From Sedimenticola sp. (lineage in GTDB: Bacteria; Pseudomonadota; Gammaproteobacteria; Chromatiales; Chromatiaceae), in assembly GCA_026196795.1 (NCBI GenBank), contig JAPHUE010000058.1:7745-71744 (forward strand): 64,000 bases of DNA, read 5' to 3'. Made by a program: the position numbers and the translations under genes. How positions within the stretch are numbered: the stretch's first letter is position 1; the number at the start of each line of letters is the position of its first letter. Below the pieces are notes generated by a model. The model saw only the letters and a list, made by a program, of their open reading frames with translations, was not told the DNA's origin and made no database searches. Shown here piece after piece: positions 20,883 to 31,535 of this stretch.

Positions 20883-23366
20883 ATGTATGAGTCTTTTTAT
20901 AATTTCAAGGCTGAACCATTCCGGTTGAGCCCTGATCACCGTTTCTGTTTTAGTCATAAAAGCTATGCGAAAGCTAAGGCGTATATGCAGTATGCAATAC
21001 ATCGAGCCGAAGGTTTCGTCATGGTCACAGGAAAGCCTGGTACCGGAAAAACTACCCTGGTAAATGATCTTGTCGAGGGATTATCAAACTCTCAAATCGT
21101 TGTGGCGACCATTGTCAGTACACAGCTTGAGGCAGATGATTTATTGCGATTGGTGGCATGTAATTTTGGCCTTGATATTGATGCGCCTAATAAGGCAGTT
21201 GTTTTACAAGGTCTATCGGTAAGGTTGCGCCGTCATCACGAAGAGGGTACCAGAGCTCTTTTGATCATTGATGAAGCGCAAGACCTTTCGGCTTCAGCCT
21301 TGGAAGAGCTCAGATTATTGACTAATCTGCAACTGGATAATCAGCCGCTACTCCAAATATTCCTCATAGGCCAGGAGAATTTAAGAGATCTTGTTCAAAG
21401 ACCCAGTATGGAGCAGGTGCATCAACGTCTGGTTGCCGCCTGTCATTTGGAGTCCCTCAATGAAGAAGATACAAAGGCCTATATACGACATCGTCTGGAT
21501 CGGGTTGGTTGGAAAGATGACCCAACGCTTGATGAGGGTGTTTTTTCTGTGGCGTATCAGTTCAGTAAGGGTATCCCCAGGCGAATTAACCTTGTTTGTA
21601 GTCGTTTTTTACTGCATGGCAGTGTAGAAGAGAAGCACCGAATTCGTGCATCTGATGTTCGGACTGTAGTTCAGGAACTTCAACATGAACAGCTGACTCC
21701 CATAGGCTTTAAAGCTGAGTTACCACCACTTTCTGAAGAAGATGATATAGAAGAAGCGCCACCTGTCAGTAAGGAGGCACAACAAGAAAAACTTAGTAAG
21801 GAGGAACTAGAAGAAGAAAGACAAGAAGTCAAAGTAAAAGAAAATAGCCTTGTTACAGAAGCATTATCAGAAACTATCAGTGATCAAGCAACCGAACTGA
21901 CCAGCCTTAAGGAATTAAATAACTCATTAGAGATGTTAATTAAGGAGTCGAACGAAGATTCACTGGAACGTCAGGCAAATAACAAGAAAACTGAATCGCA
22001 ACCGTCACAGTCCGATGTTATTCAGGAGGATTACTTTTCACTTGGTGATGTTGTTGATTCAATTTCTGAGCCTATTCCAATCGGTGAGGGCAGGAAGAGT
22101 AAAAAAGGGAGTCGCTATGGTTATGGAGATCGCTTTGCAAAAGCGCAACGCAAAACTGAGCAGACGGAAACCACAACCCATTTCTATAATGAATATCAGT
22201 CAAGGGGTGTGGGCGCAGAAGCTACACATAAAAAACGCGGTGTTTTCTCTACAATCCTACTCTTTATGGTGATTTTCGGTATCCTGTTTGCCGGAATATA
22301 TATATTACGGCCACAAATCCTGGAGAGTGAGATTACCTATGCTGAAGGAAAGTTTGGTCAGTATCTGGATTATTTCAAAGACAATTATCTTAATAAGACG
22401 ACTACTCCCGCTGTCTTTGATGAGCAAATCCTAGAGAAGGAGAAGGCACTTAATGCAATTCATCCTGATATAGATGAGGAGGTTACGTCATCAGGCGATC
22501 TGATACCTGAATCAACAACGGTCAGGCCAGTGATTAAGCTTCCGGTTTCGTATGCTGAATCAACGGGTGGATATAATACTGATTCGCTGAAAAACAACAT
22601 ATCAACCATAGGCAAAGAAACCTCACAATCTGAAAAGGTCATTAATACCGTTGATTCAACACTACCCCGGTTATCAGAGGTGGTGGCTGCAGGAGAGAAA
22701 AGTTCGCTGACGGCTGATAATTTAAGTTTAGTTGCTGAACAGAGTGAACAACAGCCAAGCTCTGTCGTTGCCCCAAAAATCATAGAGTCTGTACAAGTTA
22801 GCCACCCTCAAGTAGGTGAAAACTTGGACGAAACTGAACTATCGATAGATAAATTGGACATAGTAACAGACGCAAGGAATGTTGTTTCCGTTAGCTCTAC
22901 GCGATTAAATTCAACGTCTGTGAATACTAAAAGCTTGAAAAGTGACAAAGGCAGTATTTTTTACCAGTTATCCCAAAATCGTGCGGCAGAGAAATTGGAA
23001 GGGTTTAAGAGAGAAGAAAATATACATGTTCTTTTCAAGAGTGACAGTACAGAGGTTGATTCGCAATTTTACGCCAAGCTGGATGATTTGACTGATCGAT
23101 TAACCCAGTACAAACAGGCTAAAGCACTGATAATAGGTTACGCGGATAGTAGTGGTGATCCTTATTATAATCAGAAACTTTCTGCGATGCGTGCCAATGC
23201 AGTAGCTGCCTACCTCGTGAATAATAATATACCTGTCAATCAATTAGTTGTTGAGGGACGCGGCGTTTACCCTGAAAATATCAATGCAATTGAAGATGCC
23301 GACGCTAGGAAAAAAATACAGCGAATGGTCGAAATTACCTTGATGCCATCTGAATCAGGCCGTTAG
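20883..23366 (+). CDS. ExeA-like AAA ATPase fused to a TM segment and C-terminal OmpA-like peptidoglycan-binding domain
   Basis: GKPGTGKTT, IIDEAQ, GIPRRIN; TM FSTILLFMVIFGILFAGIYIL; OmpA_C motif IGYADSSGDPYYNQKLSAMRANAV..RMVEI. Confidence 0.88.
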   Translation: MYESFYNFKAEPFRLSPDHRFCFSHKSYAKAKAYMQYAIHRAEGFVMVTGKPGTGKTTLVNDLVEGLSNSQIVVATIVSTQLEADDLLRLVACNFGLDIDAPNKAVVLQGLSVRLRRHHEEGTRALLIIDEAQDLSASALEELRLLTNLQLDNQPLLQIFLIGQENLRDLVQRPSMEQVHQRLVAACHLESLNEEDTKAYIRHRLDRVGWKDDPTLDEGVFSVAYQFSKGIPRRINLVCSRFLLHGSVEEKHRIRASDVRTVVQELQHEQLTPIGFKAELPPLSEEDDIEEAPPVSKEAQQEKLSKEELEEERQEVKVKENSLVTEALSETISDQATELTSLKELNNSLEMLIKESNEDSLERQANNKKTESQPSQSDVIQEDYFSLGDVVDSISEPIPIGEGRKSKKGSRYGYGDRFAKAQRKTEQTETTTHFYNEYQSRGVGAEATHKKRGVFSTILLFMVIFGILFAGIYILRPQILESEITYAEGKFGQYLDYFKDNYLNKTTTPAVFDEQILEKEKALNAIHPDIDEEVTSSGDLIPESTTVRPVIKLPVSYAESTGGYNTDSLKNNISTIGKETSQSEKVINTVDSTLPRLSEVVAAGEKSSLTADNLSLVAEQSEQQPSSVVAPKIIESVQVSHPQVGENLDETELSIDKLDIVTDARNVVSVSSTRLNSTSVNTKSLKSDKGSIFYQLSQNRAAEKLEGFKREENIHVLFKSDSTEVDSQFYAKLDDLTDRLTQYKQAKALIIGYADSSGDPYYNQKLSAMRANAVAAYLVNNNIPVNQLVVEGRGVYPENINAIEDADARKKIQRMVEITLMPSESGR

Positions 23367-23445
23367 CACATTGAAATGTCCGTCTCTTCTTCACAACGTT
23401 CATTGTATTCTCTTATCTATGTGTATTTATCTGGCGTGACTAAGT

Positions 23446-25698
23446 ATGTTGGGTGATCGTTTAATTGTTCCTCATCGTTATCGATCACTGGTTGATTCTT
23501 ATCAATCTATGGCACTTGTTTTTCTGGAAGAAAAACTTGGCCTTATGTTTTCAAAAGTTGAACCTGTAATGATCGACTTCGCAAGTAAAGCCGAAGCTGA
23601 CAACGCACAAACAGGATTTTTTGATGCCATTAACCATATCGCAGATCAGCAGGAAAACGTTACCCGGACTTTTCTTGATGTTTCCAAAGCGGGGTTTAAA
23701 AACTATATTAACGGTATTCCTATCGTCTATCCCAGGTCAGTAATAGAAACAGATGATGAGGCCCATATAGGAATAGTCGAAGAGAGAGACTTGGAGATTC
23801 ACATTGCTCTTCAGTCGATGATTACTAAAACAAGAAATAAAAACCATCAGGATCTCTATCAGATCACTCAGCGGTTATCAGTAATACGACATGGGAAAAA
23901 AATTGCGAATGATGATGTCCCTGTTTGTCCCGCCCATGTTGCAACAACCTTCCAATTAGCGGCTGTTGACTATGATCTCGAACAGAAGATATTACTAATC
24001 TTATACGTATTATTTGAAAAAAGTGTCCTAAATGATATCGGTGTGCTTTACAAGCAGATTAACCTGCTTTTATCGGAAGCAGGGGTTTATCCTCATTTAG
24101 CACCGGTCATTGATTTGAGTAATAAAGAGGGTAATAGTAACCGTGAGAATAAATCATCAGAGCGTGAAAAAGAGAAGCTAGATAAAGCCACTTCCGATCA
24201 AAAAAGATGTAGAACAGAGCCGCTAAAAAATGAGGATTTTGAAATAGGTGAAGAGGTATTCCGCTCTATATTGTCACTCTTGACGGAGCGTAGACGAAGT
24301 GATCCTCGTTTCAAAAATCACCCAGAGTATCTGCCCGATGGTAACCTTGAACAACTCAGGAGCAAGCCTGATTTAGTCTCAGCAATTAATCAGGTCGCAT
24401 TGCCTGATACCATTGATGATCAGATTATAACAGCCCAAGAAATACAAGATATTGAGCCCGCAGAAAGAAAAGCGGCAGTAAAAGCCTCACTTTCGCAGCG
24501 AATATTCAATGAACGTGAAATAATCTATCAGGAGCTGGATACTAACACCATCCCAACGGCTGATCTCGATACTATTGAGTTGGTAGGTATGTTGTTTGAA
24601 CATATTCTGGATGATGATGATCTGGCGAGTCTCACAAAAGCATTAATCTGTCATCTACACACACCTTATCTCAAACTCGCTATTATAGATCCTGCTTTCC
24701 TGACGGACCCGGAACACGTAGCCAGAAAACTGCTCAATTTGCTGGTTAACGCTGGTCGACGCTGGGTCGATGAGAACAATCTAAGCGCTGGTATATATAA
24801 TAATATGCACGACTTAATTCAGATGCTGATGTCTGAATTTAAGGATGATATCTCAGTATTTGAACAAGGCTATAACGAGTTTATTGATAATCTATCAGCA
24901 CTTGAACATAAAACCAAGCTACTTGAGGAGCGAACCAAGGAAGCAACGCGCGGTAAAGATCGACTGGAATATTCCCGTATTTATGCAGAGGAAGTTTTGG
25001 CTCAGCATTGCGCAGAGATAAAATTCCACCCGGTATTGGCCCATTTCCTCTACTCATTTTGGAAAAACTATATAACGCTTCTTTTACTACGAAATCCTGA
25101 GGTAAAAGAGGGCAAAGAGTGGCGCAGTGTTCTGATGGTCATCAATAGTATTGTAAAGGCTAATGAGGCACCTAATAATTTAGATATACGCCGCTGGCTC
25201 AAGAATACCCTGCCTGGCCTGAAGCGGCATATCAAAGAGGGCGTAGAATTTATTGGAACCGGTAGTGAGCCTGTTGAGTACACTGAGCTCTGTTTACTTT
25301 TTGATCAATGGATATCAGCCAATGACGCGCAGCTTGAAACTGTTAGTAAAGAGCAGTTGATTCAGCCAGTACCTGCTAGTACTCATGCACATAAAAAGCC
25401 ACAGGATGATTCACCTCAACATAAGTCCGCCGCACAGACAATTCAACAGACACGTATTGGTAGTTGGTTTGAATTTGATGAACCAGATGGAAAGGTACAG
25501 CGGGTGAAATTGTCGTGGTACAGTCCTGTTACCAACAACCATATGTTTATTGATCGTTTTGGTTACAAGGCCTTTATTTTACCGACAGATGTTTTGGTGA
25601 CAAAACTTGTTAAAGGTAGCGCAAGGATTGTTGAACCCAATCGATTCCCATTTGTTGATCAGACACTGAAAAAGATTTCGGGTCTTCTGCGAGGCTAG
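23446..25698 (+). CDS. DUF1631-family protein
   Basis: DTIELVGMLFEHILDD, LHTPYLKLA, HVARKLLN; C-terminal GSWFEF..KLSWYSP..FIDRFG. Confidence 0.8.
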   Translation: MLGDRLIVPHRYRSLVDSYQSMALVFLEEKLGLMFSKVEPVMIDFASKAEADNAQTGFFDAINHIADQQENVTRTFLDVSKAGFKNYINGIPIVYPRSVIETDDEAHIGIVEERDLEIHIALQSMITKTRNKNHQDLYQITQRLSVIRHGKKIANDDVPVCPAHVATTFQLAAVDYDLEQKILLILYVLFEKSVLNDIGVLYKQINLLLSEAGVYPHLAPVIDLSNKEGNSNRENKSSEREKEKLDKATSDQKRCRTEPLKNEDFEIGEEVFRSILSLLTERRRSDPRFKNHPEYLPDGNLEQLRSKPDLVSAINQVALPDTIDDQIITAQEIQDIEPAERKAAVKASLSQRIFNEREIIYQELDTNTIPTADLDTIELVGMLFEHILDDDDLASLTKALICHLHTPYLKLAIIDPAFLTDPEHVARKLLNLLVNAGRRWVDENNLSAGIYNNMHDLIQMLMSEFKDDISVFEQGYNEFIDNLSALEHKTKLLEERTKEATRGKDRLEYSRIYAEEVLAQHCAEIKFHPVLAHFLYSFWKNYITLLLLRNPEVKEGKEWRSVLMVINSIVKANEAPNNLDIRRWLKNTLPGLKRHIKEGVEFIGTGSEPVEYTELCLLFDQWISANDAQLETVSKEQLIQPVPASTHAHKKPQDDSPQHKSAAQTIQQTRIGSWFEFDEPDGKVQRVKLSWYSPVTNNHMFIDRFGYKAFILPTDVLVTKLVKGSARIVEPNRFPFVDQTLKKISGLLRG

Positions 25699-25747
25699 TC
25701 TGATAGCACCGTTCATTGATTTGTCTTAGGTTTTCGGTGCCATTAAT

Positions 25748-26740
25748 TCAAGCAGTTTTTTGTCCAACATGGCTGAAAGTTTGCCGATATGTTTGTGGCG
25801 ATAAGCCTGTCTTTTTCTTGAAAAGTTTCATGAAAGAACTGCTATCTATATAACCGATCTCCTGGGTTATCTGCTCTATTGATTGCCGGCTTGACTCCAG
25901 TAATTTTTTTGCCATTTCCACTCTTAATGATTGAATGTAGGCAAGGGGGGTATCACCCGTTGCGAGCTTGAAGCGCCTTTTGAATGTTCTGGAGTTAAAG
26001 CCATAGCGTGCACCGAGTTCATCAATATTAATGTGCTCTGAAAAGTGCGCGTCAAGCCAAGTCTGTACGGCCAAAATCTCTGTATCTGAATGATATTTCT
26101 GCCCATGACTGGTGAAGTAGGGGGTCTGGATTTGCTGTTTCCGCTCAATAACCAACGCCTTGGCAGTCTGAACGGCGATATCGTGTCCAAAATGTTGTTC
26201 GATCAGCAGCAATGAAAGATCCAGCCAGGCACTTCCACCACCAGCACAGAGCAAACTTAGCTCATTGGTTATTAACTGTTCTGGTTTTAATTGGATAGCC
26301 GGGTAACGTTCCTTGAATTGGTCAATATATCCCCAGTGTGTGGTTGCCAGTTTACCGTCAAGAAGACCGGTTTCAGCAAGCATAAAGCTCCCGGTACAAC
26401 TGCTTACAATTTGGCAGCCATTCTGATGCATCTCTCTTAACCACTTTAGGGTAAGTAATTCTTTGGATAGTGTTTTTTCAATATTCCCACCAATGGGGGG
26501 TATAAACAGAATGTCACTGGTTACTGCGGCGGTGAGTGCCATGTCAGGCTCAATGATGAGATTGTTTAAGCAGCGTACAGGTAGGCCATCTCTGGATACC
26601 AGCTTAATATCAAAGAGTGGTTGGGGGGGCTCTTTCTGGATTCTGTTCCAAGTTACGCCTGCCAGGCTAAAAAGATCGAGAACACCGGTAATCACAGAGG
26701 AGAAGGCGTAGTCAAAGCAGAGAATAGCTATTTTTTTCAT
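25748..26740 (-). CDS. GlxA-family AraC regulator (DJ-1/PfpI domain + HTH)
   Basis: SCTGSFMLAETGLLDG..ATTHW, RTFKRRFK..TG, double HTH; divergent from fadH. Confidence 0.9.
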   Translation of the reverse strand: MKKIAILCFDYAFSSVITGVLDLFSLAGVTWNRIQKEPPQPLFDIKLVSRDGLPVRCLNNLIIEPDMALTAAVTSDILFIPPIGGNIEKTLSKELLTLKWLREMHQNGCQIVSSCTGSFMLAETGLLDGKLATTHWGYIDQFKERYPAIQLKPEQLITNELSLLCAGGGSAWLDLSLLLIEQHFGHDIAVQTAKALVIERKQQIQTPYFTSHGQKYHSDTEILAVQTWLDAHFSEHINIDELGARYGFNSRTFKRRFKLATGDTPLAYIQSLRVEMAKKLLESSRQSIEQITQEIGYIDSSSFMKLFKKKTGLSPQTYRQTFSHVGQKTA

Positions 26741-26852
26741 AGTACTGTTATAGTAATGACGCAAATGGCCTGTTAATAGTCATAAGTGACAATTGCATAA
26801 ACCTAATTAGAATGCAATTCTGTGTCGGAAATATGGAAGCACATCTGACTAA

Positions 26853-28901
<2,049 letters not shown>

Positions 28902-28906
28902 GCCAC

Positions 28907-29584
28907 TTATGCCTCAAATGATTTGAGTGATTCCACATCCAAGATGGTTATTGCACCATATTTAACGTCCACAATACCTTCAGTTTGAAGTACATGAAGG
29001 GCCTGATTGACCCGTTGACGAGAGATACCTGAGAGGTTACCAAGCTCTTCCTGAGAGATTTCCAGTTTGTAGTGCATGCCGGGATAAAGGTCATGATTAA
29101 ACATGGACGCAAGTGAGCGAGCGACCCGTGCTTCGGGAGAGAGGAATCGGTCGTATTCCATATAACCAATAAATTGACCCAGTCGTTCATTAAAATGGAT
29201 CAATAGAAAGCGATTGAAACTGATACTCTCTTCCAGCAATGCAAAGAAGGTCTTCTCCGGCATAAAGGCAATGCGGCAATCCCGCAGTGCAACAATATCA
29301 TAGCGGCGTGGCTCCTTTTTTAATAACGAGCCCTCACCAAACCAGCTCCCAGATGGGATACCCGTTATAAAGGAGATCTGTTTACCTGTGTGGGATTCGC
29401 ATGAAATTTTAGCCAGACCTTCAATGATGCCAACCCACTCCACAGAGGGAGCCCCTTTGCGGCATATTATTTCGCCCGCTTTAAACTGTTTTTCAAACAG
29501 AGTGCCCCTGACCAGAGACTGTTGTTGCTCAGTCAGGTTTTGCATCCAGGGGCTTGCCGCCAAAAAATGTTCGAGTGATTCCAT
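28907..29584 (-). CDS. Crp/Fnr-family transcriptional regulator
   Basis: cNMP domain WFGEGSLLK.EPRRYD and HTH ISQEELGNLSGISRQRVNQAL; probable start ATG 29584 with GGAG SD. Confidence 0.9.
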   Translation of the reverse strand: MESLEHFLAASPWMQNLTEQQQSLVRGTLFEKQFKAGEIICRKGAPSVEWVGIIEGLAKISCESHTGKQISFITGIPSGSWFGEGSLLKKEPRRYDIVALRDCRIAFMPEKTFFALLEESISFNRFLLIHFNERLGQFIGYMEYDRFLSPEARVARSLASMFNHDLYPGMHYKLEISQEELGNLSGISRQRVNQALHVLQTEGIVDVKYGAITILDVESLKSFEA

Positions 29585-29776
29585 GGCTCCAAATGTCGTC
29601 TCAATGACAGAGAATTGAGAAATGTGCTGATATGATACCAGAACATTAGGGATCGAAGTATGTATGCTGATGTTGTTGTAATAAGAAGTAAAACATAAGA
29701 AAAACAAATAGATAAATAATGTCTGTCCTTAATTTGTCAAGTTCTTGGTAGGGTTTTTACGCTACTCAATAGCTGG

Positions 29777-30184
29777 ATGAATACACTGGAGCATCGATAT
29801 ATGTCTGCGCACATGAATTTTTCAGTTGTTGGTGAGACCGCCACATTTATATCCCCGCTGCCCGTTGCTCATAACGATGCGGTTGCTGATAACGAAGAGA
29901 CAGTGGTACAAATTCCAGATGGTTGCTGGGAACCTGTAGACTTTCTGGAGGGTGATGAATCAGGAGCGCCCAGCCAGTTACTTGCAACACTCTATATCAA
30001 CACCTGTCCTATGCATTTTGAGGCGTATCTGGTTGATGAGCAGGGTGAAATAGCTGACCCTAAACATCAGAAAGCCATTGCCCAGGTCAAGACTGCGCTG
30101 CGAGATGATGAACCCTGGAAGACGTTTCTTTATGGCAACCGGGAGTATGTCATGATCGCCATACCCTTTGGTATGAGTCGCTGA
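29777..30184 (+). CDS. Hypothetical protein
   Basis: 135-aa ORF with normal composition filling the gap and followed by a hairpin; no family recognised. Confidence 0.6.
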   Translation: MNTLEHRYMSAHMNFSVVGETATFISPLPVAHNDAVADNEETVVQIPDGCWEPVDFLEGDESGAPSQLLATLYINTCPMHFEAYLVDEQGEIADPKHQKAIAQVKTALRDDEPWKTFLYGNREYVMIAIPFGMSR

Positions 30185-30198
30185 TTAGAAAATTGCGC

Positions 30199-30285
30199 TG
30201 GGAGTGTTTGCTGCTTAACACTCCCAAGCTCGCTTGCTCATTACTCGCTGACTGTTTTTATAAAAGCCAGAGTTCATCTGGCTTT
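30199..30285. terminator. Two hairpins between convergent genes
   Basis: TGGGAGTGTT / AACACTCCCA (30199-30226) and AAAGCCAGA / TCTGGCTTT (30263-30285). Confidence 0.65.
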
Positions 30286-31533
30286 CTACTCCTTCCACCC
30301 CTCAATAACTTCAACAAACCGGGTTAAAAAGCGGTTGGTCTGATACGCATCCAGTGCCCTGTGATCAATGGTCAAAGTGATATAGGCCATGGGGCGAATC
30401 TGCAGGCAGTCTTCGCCGTCAATCTCTTTGACAATGACACGCTTCTGCATCTTTCCAATACCCAGAATGGCTGATTGCGGCTGGTTGATAATAATGGGTG
30501 TCGCAACCAGGCTACCGCTTACCCCATGATTGGAGAGTGTAAAGGTTCCCCCTTGTATATCGACTGGGGCGAGGGTGCCTGCTCTGGCTTTTTCTGTTAG
30601 CCGTTGAAGCTCACTGGCAATACCGAGCAAATTTCGATTTTGGGCTTGCTGCAGGACAGGAACGATTAAACCTTTCTCATCCAGTGCGGTACCAATTCCA
30701 ATATTCATATCGCTGAAAATTTCCAGACTCTGTTCATGGAAACGACTGTTTATTTGTGGAACAAGTTGTAAGGCCTGTACAGCAGCAAAGACAAAATAAG
30801 CGGTAAAAGTCAGGCTAAGACCTTGCTGCTCAAATATCGGTTTATGCTGTTTGCGATGCCGGCTTATAGCACTCAGATCGGCCTCAAATATACTGGTGAC
30901 ATGGGGGGCCGTATGCAACAGACTTTCAGTCATATGGGACGCAATACGACGACGCATATTGTCATGAGGGATATGCTGTGACGTACTAGTTTGATGCGGC
31001 ACATTAAACGGTGGTTGAACAGATGGCTCCGCTGCTAATGGACTCTGCGATGTTGATGCGCCTGCTCGATCGAGATAGTTGAGTATATCCTGTTTGGTTA
31101 CACGTCCCCGTTTACCAGAACCTTGTATCTGTTTGAGATCGACTGGATATTTTTTAACCAGTCTGCGTACGGCGGGGCTAAGCAGTTGCGCATTATCCGT
31201 TGGTTTTACTGGATTCTGGTTATCAATTTTTTCAAATGCAACAGACGTGACGGTACCCTGTTGTTTGACACTGTCGTCATGCGCTGTTTCATTGAGCTCG
31301 ATGCGTCCAAGCAGTGTGCCTGGCGTAACATCATCACCTGGCTTCTTGTAGACATCTTTCAGGATGCCGCTGGCAGGTGCGGGAACTTCAACCATGACCT
31401 TATCGGTTTCAAGATCAACCAATGGTGAATTGAGCGAAACCGCTTCACCAGGCATCTTAAGCCAGTTAGCCAGTACATGGGCAGTGCCTTGTTGTTCTCC
31501 CTGAGGAACAATGATATCGACCATCTGCGACAT
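30286..31533 (-). CDS. 2-oxoacid dehydrogenase E2 (dihydrolipoamide acyltransferase)
   Basis: Lipoyl motif ETDKV, E3-binding motif LSPAVRRL..GSGKRGRVTKQD, catalytic DHRALD. Confidence 0.92.
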   Translation of the reverse strand: MSQMVDIIVPQGEQQGTAHVLANWLKMPGEAVSLNSPLVDLETDKVMVEVPAPASGILKDVYKKPGDDVTPGTLLGRIELNETAHDDSVKQQGTVTSVAFEKIDNQNPVKPTDNAQLLSPAVRRLVKKYPVDLKQIQGSGKRGRVTKQDILNYLDRAGASTSQSPLAAEPSVQPPFNVPHQTSTSQHIPHDNMRRRIASHMTESLLHTAPHVTSIFEADLSAISRHRKQHKPIFEQQGLSLTFTAYFVFAAVQALQLVPQINSRFHEQSLEIFSDMNIGIGTALDEKGLIVPVLQQAQNRNLLGIASELQRLTEKARAGTLAPVDIQGGTFTLSNHGVSGSLVATPIIINQPQSAILGIGKMQKRVIVKEIDGEDCLQIRPMAYITLTIDHRALDAYQTNRFLTRFVEVIEGWKE

Positions 31534-31535
31534 GA

